Made by a program: the position numbers and the translations under genes. A stretch of DNA of 64,000 nucleotides, taken from an uncultured Acidobacteriota bacterium (GTDB lineage Bacteria; Acidobacteriota; Thermoanaerobaculia; Multivoradales; UBA5704). The notes under the pieces are model-generated. The model had not been told where the DNA came from and searched no databases. It worked only from the letters and a program-made list of their open reading frames with translations. The stretch covers positions 1,792,001 through 1,856,000 of the forward strand of contig CAVYRF010000002.1 in assembly GCA_963770895.1 (NCBI GenBank), read 5' to 3'. Positions 22,601 to 30,245 of this stretch are shown here, one piece after another (positions within the stretch are counted from its first letter, which is position 1; each line of letters begins with the position of its first letter).

Positions 22601-23562
22601 GGGCGCTGGAGTCGGCCGGCGCCAGCGTCCACCTGGCGGCGGCCGACGTCGCCGACGCGGCGGCGGTGGCGGGCCTGGTGGACACCTTCGAGCGCGAGGC
22701 CTGGCCGCCGGTGCGCGGCGTCGTCCACGCCGCCGGCGTGGTCGACGACCGGCTGCTGCTGCGCATGGACGGCGCCAGCCTGGATGCCGTGCTGCGCCCC
22801 AAGGTGCAAGGGGCGCTCGCCCTGCACGCGGCCTTCGCCGGCCGCCAGCTCGACTTCTTCGTGCTCTTCTCGTCGCTGTCGGCGCTGCTGCCGCCGCCGG
22901 GCCAGGGTGCCTACGCCGCCGCCAATGCCTTCCTGGACGCCCTGGCGCACCACCGGCGAGCGCTCGGCCTGCCCGGTCTCAGCATCGATTGGGGACCCTG
23001 GGCAGAGACCGGCATGGCGGCCGGCCGGCCGCTGCCGCACGCGGCCGGCGACGGCGGCGGGATCGCGCTGCTCGACCCCGCCGCCGCGCTGGCGGCGCTG
23101 GAGGTGGCGCTCGCGGGTGGCGCGGCGCAGGCCGTGGCGGCGGGAGACGTGGCGTGGCAGCGGCTGCAAGCGGGATTTTTCCCGCGCGGCGCGGCGCCGG
23201 CGCTGCTGGCCGACCTGCTGCCGGCGCCGGACGATCTGCCGCCCACCGCGCCCAAGGTTGCGCCGGCGGCGCTGGACTGCGTCGATGACGCGGCCTTCGA
23301 GCAACGGCTGCGGGAGCTGACCGCCGGCGTGCTGCAGCTGCCGATCGAGCGGCTCAATCCGCTCTCACCGTTGCGCGATCTCGGTTTCGACTCGATCATG
23401 GCGGTCGAGTTGCGCGCCAGCGTCGAACAGAGCCTCGGCAGCAGCCTGCCGATGCGCATCTTCCTGGACGCGCCGAGCGTGCGGCAGCTGGCCGGCCGTC
23501 TGGCGGAGCACCTGGCAATCGGTTCCACGGTCGGCGGGAACGGCCCGCGGATGGAGTCATGA
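16618..23562 (+). CDS. Loading PKS: FAAL-ACP-KS-AT-KR-ACP
   Basis: FAAL YTSGSTGTPRG, WLPLFHDLGL and LPKTSSGKLQR; ACP YGLTSV; KS DTACS, HGTGT, NFGH; AT GHSLG; KR TGGFGALG, HAAGVVDD, YAAAN; terminal ACP LGFDSI. Confidence 0.93.
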   Translation: MTEAAGTVGTATDLCDLLRRQAARQPEGTACIFLADGDADSEQERLTYGELDAAARRIAAQLRRAAPQGGRALLLYPSGLEYVRAFFGCVYAGMAGVCAYPPPLSGGRRLLPRLRAIVADAQPAVALTNAGMLAHAQTFVRDEGVLAELPWLAPDGGPAAADDDDGGWSPPALAADDLAFLMYTSGSTGTPRGVMVSHGNVLHNLAAFPGFAARPLTASVSWLPLFHDLGLVFGLLHPLYQGAPAILLPPDAFVRRPLRWLSAISRFRASATFGPNFAYDLCARRIAPAERAGLDLSCLNLVLNGSEPVRHETLERFAAAFGSCGFRGAAFYPAFGLSEGTSDVSGNASFAPPLVCTLRGDQLDRHQVVAAAPGEPGARQVVGCGTVLPGQRVAIVDPATLAPCAADQVGEIWLGGPSVAQGYWARPAETAETFGARLAGSGDGPFLRTGDLGFLRGGELFVTGRLKDLVIVHGVNHYPQDIESSVERSHAALRPGCGIAFGCEADGGEGLVVVQEVEAAPAATLDEALGNIRQQLVEEHQVAPWAIVLIAAGTLPKTSSGKLQRRACREAFLAGELAPLAEWRAAPGAMPEGVSEETPDGAAGDPLEAWLAAAVARLAGIAPQAVDRTQPFARYGLTSVAITELVAELEALLGRRLPLTLLFEHPTVASLAGRLRGGLGAAALPEPASSASAANAVGAVGADGAAPGGREPIAIVGMSCRLPGAPDLRAYWELLRDGVDAVGPIPLERWDVDGLYDPNPAAAGKMNTRQGGFLSGLDRFDPLFFSISPAEAAHLDPRQRLVLELAWESLAHAGIPAASLRGSSTGVFIGTMTDDFFHLLLDDPARGDAYSGTGGANSLVANRVSYCLDLRGPSMAVDTACSGSLVAIHLACQSLWSGESSAALAGGVMVNLRPDGFLFFSRAGALAPDGRCKPFDARADGIGRAEGAGMLVLKPLSRARADGDRVLAVIRGSAINQDGMSNGLTAPQPRAQEALLRQACRRAGVAPGDVQYVEAHGTGTPLGDAVEMTALAAALGQGRSAERPLMVGSVKSNFGHAEAAAGVASVIKVVLAMRHRLLPPSLHFQAPSPQLELDRLPVRVQHVLSRWPAEERPLVAGVSAFGIGGANAHVVLGEAPQEAAAASGAAAAPAVRQAGAGGGIAHLLPLSARDARALAQLAGRTGQWLGGAGAAEPLDDLCYTAAVRRDHHPHRWAASGRTHAEMAAALAAFAATAQGGHGGPGGNGGQDGAEPMAAAPVMSRPRLIMVFSGQGSQWVRMGQGLAEREPVFREALARVARLFPARDGRSLLDQLAAGAADSRLDAPEVLQPATFAVQVALFELWRSWGLTPDAVAGHSLGEVAAAYACGALCIEDAARVVEHRSRLMQWAMGPGTTAQVQLPEERAAEVLAGHADVELAGASGPSSFVVSGGTTAVAQLLAELGGRGVRCRVLRVGPIALHSRFMDPLQEPLAAALGSLRPGPARIPFFSAVTGGALAGERLDAGYWVRNLRQPFRFRAAMRAMLEAPEAPEDGGGAPVILLEVSPHPLLAAPMQDNLRQLGRQGLVLSSLRRDEDERGELLAALGRAYAAGRDVAWPRLYPAGRVLDLPGYPWQRERHWYQQRRTASPAGSDGRDAGGVRGAAVAPGPDADQAAALFDVEWVPIAAAPVTTPPAAAAAGHRGAWVLVCGGLSGDALAGALAAAGAAVWRVAAGERYAAPAAGGRQFTIDMAAPADWRRLLADLPAPAGQGAGEGRTRLVLLFGDDIRAAAVGEAGAVGTVGVAGAAGERGPIGAPAAVPETADAGAARAATAALLYAVQAAAQLAAPPQLWVVTRGAQPPGAVAAPDQALLWGLARAFGQQEHPELWGGVVDLDPAAEPGSLDEARRLRGHVLAPGGEDQVSLRQGERYAPRLRRRPAAGTGGGANPPAAGPARPRADATYLVTGGFGALGLRVARWLVARGARRLLLLGRHGLPPRRTWSDVPAADPYRQRIDAVRALESAGASVHLAAADVADAAAVAGLVDTFEREAWPPVRGVVHAAGVVDDRLLLRMDGASLDAVLRPKVQGALALHAAFAGRQLDFFVLFSSLSALLPPPGQGAYAAANAFLDALAHHRRALGLPGLSIDWGPWAETGMAAGRPLPHAAGDGGGIALLDPAAALAALEVALAGGAAQAVAAGDVAWQRLQAGFFPRGAAPALLADLLPAPDDLPPTAPKVAPAALDCVDDAAFEQRLRELTAGVLQLPIERLNPLSPLRDLGFDSIMAVELRASVEQSLGSSLPMRIFLDAPSVRQLAGRLAEHLAIGSTVGGNGPRMES

Positions 23563-23607
23563 TCACTGCGGCGTGACGCAATTGCGCGCCGCTCGGGAGA
23601 GACAGTC

Positions 23608-26037
23608 ATGGATGGCATTTTGCGCGACCTGCGAATCAGTTTTCGCACGCTTCTCCACAAGCCCAGCTTCCTCATCGCCGCGGTCCTGGTCCTGGCGTCG
23701 GGGATCGGCGCGACGGTGGCGATCTTCAGCTTCATCCACGCCTTCGTGCTCCACCCCCTGGACCTGGCCGGGGCCGACCGCATGGTGCAGCTGTGGGAAG
23801 CCTCCAAGGAGGAGGGCTGGGCCAAACGCGAGGTCGCGCCCGGCAACTTCCTCGACTGGAAATCGCAGAATCACGTCTTCGACCACCTGGCGTCGTACCA
23901 GCCCACCAGCTTCAACCTGGCGAGCCGCGGCGAGCCGGAGCGCCTGGCCGGGGCCAACGTCTCGGCCGATTTCTTTCGCGTCCTGGGCCTGACGCCCGCC
24001 AGCGGCCGCGACTTCCTGCCCAACGAGGACGCCGCCGGCGCGCCGCGGGTGGCGGTGATCAGCGACAACCTGTGGCGCCGCCACTTCGGCGCCGATCCGG
24101 CGATGCTCGGCAAGAGCTTCATGGTCAACGGCCAGAGCTGCGTGGTGGTGGGCGTGCTGCCGCCCTCCTTCCACCTGCCGCACCTGGGCCATGCCGACAT
24201 CTGGGTGCCGTTCGCCTTCGATGCCGGCAATGCCAACGATCGCGTCGGGCGCGGCCTGTACGTGCTGGGGCACCTGCGGCCGGGAGTCACCGCGCAGGGC
24301 GCCCAGGCGGACATGTCGTCGCTCGCGGCGCGCCTGGCGCAGCAGCATCCGCGGCCGGACGGGCCGATCGGCGTGCTGGTGATCCCGCTGGAGGTGGAGG
24401 TGGCGCAGTCCTACCGCCCGTCGCTGCTCATCCTGCTGATCGCCGCCGGGTGCCTGCTGCTGCTCGCCTGCGCCAACGTCGCCAACCTCCAGCTGGCGCG
24501 CACCTCGACGCGGGTGCATGAAATCTCGGTGCGCGTCGCGCTCGGCGTGACGCGCCCGCAGCTGATCCGCCAGCTGTTCCTGGAAAGCGTGCTGGTGGCG
24601 CTGCTCGGCGGCGTGCTGGCGCTCGTCGTGGCGCGCGCCTCGATCGCGCTCATGACCTACAAGCTGCCGCCGGACGTGCTGGTGTACGTGCCGCACTACG
24701 GCCGCGTGCCGATCGACGGCAGCGTGCTGCTGTTCAGCCTCGCCGCCGCGCTGGCGACGGCGGTCCTCTTCGGCCTGGTGCCCGCGGTGCGGGCGTCGCG
24801 GCCGCAGGTCGGCGCGCTGCTCAAGGGCGCCGGCCGCGCCTCGGCCGGCCGCCACGCCCGGCGCGGGCGGTCGCTGCTGATGGTGAGCGAGGTCGCCCTG
24901 GCGCTCACCCTGCTGGTGACCTCCGCCCTCATGCTCAAGAGCTTCGGCCGCCTGCAACGGGTCGATCCAGGCTTTCAGGCCGATCGCGTGCTGACCACCG
25001 AGCTCGAGCTGCCGCAGGCGACCTACGGTACGCCGGCGCTCGAAGCCCAGTTCTACCAGCGCGCGCTGGAGCGCGTCGAGCACCTGCCGGGCGTCGACAG
25101 CGCGGCGGTGGTCAACCACGTGCCGATGGGCGGCAGCAACTACAGCGGCACGGTCACCGTCGAAGGCTCTCCGGAAAAGGGCGACTGGCAGTTCAGCATG
25201 GTGCGCAGCTGCTCGCCCGACTACTTCCGGGTGCTGCGCATCCCGGTCGATCAGGGGCGCGCCTTCACCCCCCAGGACACCGCCGCCTCGCGCCGCGTGG
25301 TGATCGTCAACGAAGCGGTGGCCAGGCACTTCTGGCCCAACGGCAGCGCCCTTGGCAAGCGCCTCAAGCGCGGCCGGCTCGACAGCGACAATCCGTGGAT
25401 GGAAGTCGTCGGCGTCGTCGGCAACGTCAAGCAGTGGGCGCTCAACGACAACAGCACGGCGCAGATCTACCAGCCGATGCCGCAGTGGACGCCGCGGTCG
25501 GCGGCGATCGTGGTCCGCACCGTCTCCGACCGCCCCGCGGCGGTGGCGCAGAGCGTGCGCCGCGAAGTGCTGGCGGTCGATCCGCAGGAGCCCCTGGGAG
25601 AGTTCAAGACGATGCGGCAGCTGGTGAGCAATTCCCTGCTGCTGCAGGCGATGAGCGTCATCCTCATCGGCTTTTTCGGCACCATCGCCCTGGTCGTCGG
25701 CGCGATCGGCATCTTCAGCGTTGTCTACTACCTGACACTGCAGCGCACTCATGAGTTCGGCGTCCGCATGGCGCTGGGCGCTTCGCGCGGCAACGTGATT
25801 CAACTGGTCCTGTCGGGCGGTCTGCGGCTGGTCGCGATCGGCCTCGCGATCGGCGCGATCGCTGCCTTCGGCGCCGCCAGCGCGATGGGCGGCCTGCTGT
25901 ACGGGGTCAGCGCCGGCGACCTGTCGACCTACGCCGGGGCGGCGCTCTTCCTGGCCGTCGTGGCGGCGCTCGCGATCTATCTGCCGGCGCGCCAGGCAGG
26001 CAAGGTGTCGCCGGCGCTGTCCACGCGCTACGAATAA
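23608..26037 (+). CDS. ADOP-type duplicated MacB/FtsX-like ABC permease
   Basis: 809 aa with two MacB-like repeats; LLLACANVANLQLAR, EISVRVALG and HEFGVRMALGA motifs; no adjacent ATPase gene. Confidence 0.9.
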   Translation: MDGILRDLRISFRTLLHKPSFLIAAVLVLASGIGATVAIFSFIHAFVLHPLDLAGADRMVQLWEASKEEGWAKREVAPGNFLDWKSQNHVFDHLASYQPTSFNLASRGEPERLAGANVSADFFRVLGLTPASGRDFLPNEDAAGAPRVAVISDNLWRRHFGADPAMLGKSFMVNGQSCVVVGVLPPSFHLPHLGHADIWVPFAFDAGNANDRVGRGLYVLGHLRPGVTAQGAQADMSSLAARLAQQHPRPDGPIGVLVIPLEVEVAQSYRPSLLILLIAAGCLLLLACANVANLQLARTSTRVHEISVRVALGVTRPQLIRQLFLESVLVALLGGVLALVVARASIALMTYKLPPDVLVYVPHYGRVPIDGSVLLFSLAAALATAVLFGLVPAVRASRPQVGALLKGAGRASAGRHARRGRSLLMVSEVALALTLLVTSALMLKSFGRLQRVDPGFQADRVLTTELELPQATYGTPALEAQFYQRALERVEHLPGVDSAAVVNHVPMGGSNYSGTVTVEGSPEKGDWQFSMVRSCSPDYFRVLRIPVDQGRAFTPQDTAASRRVVIVNEAVARHFWPNGSALGKRLKRGRLDSDNPWMEVVGVVGNVKQWALNDNSTAQIYQPMPQWTPRSAAIVVRTVSDRPAAVAQSVRREVLAVDPQEPLGEFKTMRQLVSNSLLLQAMSVILIGFFGTIALVVGAIGIFSVVYYLTLQRTHEFGVRMALGASRGNVIQLVLSGGLRLVAIGLAIGAIAAFGAASAMGGLLYGVSAGDLSTYAGAALFLAVVAALAIYLPARQAGKVSPALSTRYE

Positions 26038-26079
26038 CCGGCAGTGGAGCGTGCGAACGAAAGGTGAAAGGTGGTTCCG

Positions 26080-27126
26080 ATGGCTGACAACGAAGGCAAC
26101 GCCCCCGCGGCACCGCGGTTTCCGGGCACCATAAAGCGGCGGGCGGCGGCGATCACGCTCGACGACCTGGTCGAGATACGCCCGCTGTACGCGAACGGGG
26201 CGCTGCCGCTGTTCGTCGAGCCGCGCGTGCCGGGGCTGGAGCTGGCGGCGTGGACGCTCGCCAACCGGACGCTGGTCGAAGAGCACCTGCTGCGCCACGG
26301 CGGCATCCTGTTCCGCGGTTTCGCGGTCGATTCGCCGGCGCAGCTGGAGGCGTTCCTGCAAGCGCTGGCGGGCGGGGCGCTCGAATATCGCGAGCGCTCG
26401 TCGCCGCGCAGCCAGGTCGAAGGCAAGATCTACACCTCGACCGACTACCCACCAACCCATTCCATCTTCCTGCACAACGAAAACTCCTATCAAAACGTGT
26501 GGCCGCTCAAGATCGCCTTTTTCTGCCAGATCCCCGCGGCGCAGGGGGGCGCCACGCCCATCGCCGACTGCCGCCGCGTGTTTGCGCGCATGGACCCGGC
26601 GGTGCGCGACCGCTTCGTCGACAAGGGCTGGATGTACGTGCGGAACTTCGGCGACGGCCTGGGTCTGGATTGGAAAACCGTCTTTCAGACTCAGGATCGC
26701 AGCGTGGTCGAAGAGTATTGCAACAAGAGCGGCATCACCGTCGAATGGCGCCCGGACGGGCGCCTGCGCACGCGTTCGGTGCGGCCGGCGGTCACGCCGC
26801 ATCCCCGCACCGGCGAGCTGCTGTGGTTCAATCACGCCACCTTCTTCCACGTTTCGACGCTGGAACCCGACGTGCGGCAGGTGCTGCTCGACCAATATGA
26901 TCAGGACGAGCTGCCGACCAACACCTATTACGGCGACGGCAGTCCGATCGAACCCGCGACGCTCGACCACCTGCGCTCGCTCTACCACCAGGAAACCTTG
27001 CAATTCCCCTGGCGGCGGGGCGACGTGCTGCTGCTCGACAACATGATGACGGCGCATGGAAGGGCGCCTTTCGCCGGCGAGCGCAAGGTCCTGGTCGGCA
27101 TGGCGGAGCCGGTGACGCGTAAGTGA
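26080..27126 (+). CDS. TauD/SyrP-like Fe(II)/2-oxoglutarate dioxygenase
   Basis: HNENSY, GGATPIAD, WFNHATFFH and DNMMTAHGR. Start may instead be the GTG at 26071. Confidence 0.9.
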   Translation: MADNEGNAPAAPRFPGTIKRRAAAITLDDLVEIRPLYANGALPLFVEPRVPGLELAAWTLANRTLVEEHLLRHGGILFRGFAVDSPAQLEAFLQALAGGALEYRERSSPRSQVEGKIYTSTDYPPTHSIFLHNENSYQNVWPLKIAFFCQIPAAQGGATPIADCRRVFARMDPAVRDRFVDKGWMYVRNFGDGLGLDWKTVFQTQDRSVVEEYCNKSGITVEWRPDGRLRTRSVRPAVTPHPRTGELLWFNHATFFHVSTLEPDVRQVLLDQYDQDELPTNTYYGDGSPIEPATLDHLRSLYHQETLQFPWRRGDVLLLDNMMTAHGRAPFAGERKVLVGMAEPVTRK

Positions 27127-27160
27127 TCGACCGCGGCGGCGAAACCAGGTAAGGCAGCCC

Positions 27161-28285
27161 ATGGACTTCGGCATTCTTTTCTTTTCCAGTCCGGCGCCTG
27201 CCGACGGGCCCGGCAAGTACCGGCTGCTGCTCGACGCGGCGCGCTTCGCCGATCGGCGCGGCTTCTCCGCGGTATGGACGCCCGAACGCCACTTCCACGA
27301 TTTCGGCGGTCTCTACCCCAGTCCCGCGGTGGTCAGCGCGGCGCTGGCGGTGACCACCGAGCGCGTCCAGATCCGCGCCGGCAGCCTGATCTCGCCGCTG
27401 CACCACGAGGTGCGCATCGCCGAAGAGTGGTCGATCGTCGACAACCTCTCGGGCGGCCGGGCGGCCATCTCCTTCGGCTCGGGCTGGAACGTCGACGACT
27501 TCATCTTCCACCCCGACCGCTACCCGCGCCGCCAGGCGGTGATGTACGAGCAGATCGAAGCGGTCCGCCGGCTGTGGCGCGGCGACACCCTGGTGCGGGA
27601 CAACACCTTCGGCAAGCCGGTCCAGATCACCCTGCGCCCCCGCCCGGTGCGGCGCGAGCTGCCGATCTGGATCACCTCCTCGGGCAACGCGGAAACCTTT
27701 GCCAGCGCCGGCACTCTGGGCGCCAACGTGCTCACCCACCTGATCGGCCAGGACGTGGCGACGCTGGCGGCAAAGATCGAGCGCTACCGCGCCGCGCACG
27801 CCGCGGCGGCGGACCGCCACGGCGCCGGCGGGCCGGGCACCGTCTCGCTCATGCTGCACACCTTTTTAGGCGCCGACCTGGCCGCCGTGCGGGCGCGGGT
27901 CCGCGGGCCGTTTCGCGAGTACCTGCGCTCCGCGGTGAGCCTCGAACAGCTCGCCGCGGCGGGCGGCGGCGCCGTCAGCGGCGGCCACAAGATCGAGCAG
28001 CACAGCATTCCGCCCGCGGTCATGGAGGAGCTGCTCGACATGACCTACGAGCGCTATGCCGATCACAACGCGCTTCTGGGCACCGTCGCCAGCTGCAAAC
28101 CGCTGATCGCGCGGCTGGCGGACATCGGCGTCGACGAGATCGCCTGCCTGATCGATTTCATCGACGACCCGGATGCGGTGCTGGCAGGCCTGGAGCACCT
28201 GGACGCCCTGCGCGCCGCCTGTGCGGCGCCCGCCGCGCCGGCCGCCGCCGATCCGCTGGCGGCCTTTCTGGAAACCCTCGCATGA
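27161..28285 (+). CDS. Luciferase-like FMN-dependent monooxygenase (MupA-like, natural-product type)
   Basis: WTPERHFHDFGGLYPSP and RIAEEWSIVDNLSGGR; paralog of the embedded domain in the first gene. Confidence 0.9.
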   Translation: MDFGILFFSSPAPADGPGKYRLLLDAARFADRRGFSAVWTPERHFHDFGGLYPSPAVVSAALAVTTERVQIRAGSLISPLHHEVRIAEEWSIVDNLSGGRAAISFGSGWNVDDFIFHPDRYPRRQAVMYEQIEAVRRLWRGDTLVRDNTFGKPVQITLRPRPVRRELPIWITSSGNAETFASAGTLGANVLTHLIGQDVATLAAKIERYRAAHAAAADRHGAGGPGTVSLMLHTFLGADLAAVRARVRGPFREYLRSAVSLEQLAAAGGGAVSGGHKIEQHSIPPAVMEELLDMTYERYADHNALLGTVASCKPLIARLADIGVDEIACLIDFIDDPDAVLAGLEHLDALRAACAAPAAPAAADPLAAFLETLA

Positions 28286-28316
28286 GGCGGCGGGGAGCCG
28301 CCGAGCGGCCAACCTG

Positions 28317-30245
28317 ATGTGCGGCATCGCCGGCACCTACGATCCGCGCGGCCGGCGCGCCGATGCGGCGGCGGTCGAGCGGATGGCCGGCGCGCTGGCG
28401 CACCGCGGCCCCGATTCCGCCGGCGCGTTTCAAGCCGACGGAGTGATGCTCGGTTTCCGCCGCTTGAGCATCATCGACCTGGCGGGCGGCGACCAGCCGC
28501 TGTTCAGCGAAGACGGCAACCTGGTCCTGGTCTGCAACGGTGAGATCTACGACTACCGCGAGCTGACGGCCGAGCTCACCGCCAAGGGCCACGTCTTTCG
28601 CACCCACAGCGACGTCGAAGTGCTGCTCCACCTGTACGAAGAGCACGGCGCCGACCTGCTTCACCGCATCAACGGCCAGTTCGCCTTCGCGCTCTACGAC
28701 CGGCGCGCGCGCAGCCTGCTTTTGGCGCGCGACCCCTGCGGCATCAATCCGCTCTTCTATACCGTCGTCGACGGCCAGCTGATCTTCGCCTCCGAGATCA
28801 AGGCGATCCTGGAGCACCCGCTGGCGCCGCGCCAGGTCGATCTCACCGGCCTGGACCAGGTCCTCACCTTTCCGGGCCTGGTGGCGCCCCGCACCTTCTT
28901 CAAAGGCATCCGCTGCCTGCCGGCGGGCCACCTGCTGCGCGCCGGCGCGGACGGGGTGGAAGAGCGCGAATATTGGGATCTCACCTATCCCGAGGCAGCG
29001 GACCATGAGCCCGCCGTTTCCGCGGCGCACGAACGAGACTACGTCGACGGCCTGCGCGAGCGGCTGCGCCAGGCCGTGCGCTACCGCCTGCAGGCCGACG
29101 TGCCGGTGGGCCTGTACCTGAGCGGCGGCCTCGACTCTTCGCTCATCGGCGCCCTGATCCATGAGATCTCCGCCACGCCGCGGCACTCCTTTTCGATCGC
29201 CTTCCCCGACCAGGAGATCTCCGAGGCCCGCCACCAACGCCTTATGGCCCAGGCGCTGGGCACGACGCACCACGAGATCTGGTTCGATTGGAGCGAGATC
29301 GCCAACCGCCTGACGCGCATGGTCCACCACTGCGAATGCCCGGTCAAGGAAGCCTTCGACACCTGCGCCCTGGCCCTCTCCGCGGCCGCGCGCCAGGCCG
29401 GCGTGCCGGTGGTGCTCGCCGGCCAGGGCGCCGACGAGCTCTTTGCCGGCTACATGGGCTATCGCTTCGACCAGGCCGGCCTGCGCGCCGCCCGCGCCCA
29501 GACCCTCGAAGGCGCGCTCGAAGACGAGATCCGCGAACGCCTCTGGGGTGAAGCCGGCCTGTTCTATGAAACGGATTTCCTGCCCCTGCGAGACCTCAAG
29601 GCCGCCCTGTACGCCGCCGATCTGGGCGCCAACCTGGCCGATTTCGACTGCACCAACCAACCCCTGCTCGACGGCAGCAAGCTGCGCGGGCGCCACTACG
29701 TCCACCAGCGCTCCTACCTGGACTTCAAGCTGCGCCTGGCCGAGCACCTGCTATCCGAGCACGGCGACCGCATGGTGCTCGCCAACTCGGTCGAGGGCCG
29801 CTATCCCTTCCTGGACCGTGAAGTCGTGCGCTTCGCCACCACCATCCCCCCCACCCTCAAGCTCAACGGCATGCAGGAAAAATACATCGTCAAGCAGGCC
29901 GCCCAAGGCCTGGTGCCGCGCGAAATCATCCAGCGCGAAAAGTTCGGCTTCCGCGCCCCAGGCACCCCCTACCTGCTGCAGCAGCGCATCGAATGGATCG
30001 AAGACCTCCTGTCCGCCGACCGCATCCGCGCCCAGGGCCTCTTCAACCCCGCCACCGTGGAAAACCTCAAGCACCGCTACCGCCAGCCCAGCTTCACCCT
30101 CAACCCACACCTCGAAACCGATCTCCTGATGATCGTCCTCACCTGCGGCCTCCTGGTCGACCAATTCAACCTCTCCACCCCCGCCCCCGCCCCCCGACCC
30201 GCCCTGACCGCCGCCGCCGCCGCGTTCGCCGCCGACGACCTCTAG
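28317..30245 (+). CDS. asnB: Asparagine synthase (glutamine-hydrolysing) family amidotransferase
   Basis: Starts MCGIAG; RGPD, RRLSIID, NGEIY, LSGGLDSS, GQGADELFAGY and VEGRYPFLD. May be a cluster tailoring enzyme rather than housekeeping AsnB. Confidence 0.9.
   Translation: MCGIAGTYDPRGRRADAAAVERMAGALAHRGPDSAGAFQADGVMLGFRRLSIIDLAGGDQPLFSEDGNLVLVCNGEIYDYRELTAELTAKGHVFRTHSDVEVLLHLYEEHGADLLHRINGQFAFALYDRRARSLLLARDPCGINPLFYTVVDGQLIFASEIKAILEHPLAPRQVDLTGLDQVLTFPGLVAPRTFFKGIRCLPAGHLLRAGADGVEEREYWDLTYPEAADHEPAVSAAHERDYVDGLRERLRQAVRYRLQADVPVGLYLSGGLDSSLIGALIHEISATPRHSFSIAFPDQEISEARHQRLMAQALGTTHHEIWFDWSEIANRLTRMVHHCECPVKEAFDTCALALSAAARQAGVPVVLAGQGADELFAGYMGYRFDQAGLRAARAQTLEGALEDEIRERLWGEAGLFYETDFLPLRDLKAALYAADLGANLADFDCTNQPLLDGSKLRGRHYVHQRSYLDFKLRLAEHLLSEHGDRMVLANSVEGRYPFLDREVVRFATTIPPTLKLNGMQEKYIVKQAAQGLVPREIIQREKFGFRAPGTPYLLQQRIEWIEDLLSADRIRAQGLFNPATVENLKHRYRQPSFTLNPHLETDLLMIVLTCGLLVDQFNLSTPAPAPRPALTAAAAAFAADDL

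Noticed and set aside
29700-30240. Strongly C-rich 3' part of asnB
   Set aside because: Protein motifs are intact; this is synonymous codon skew with no separate element evident.
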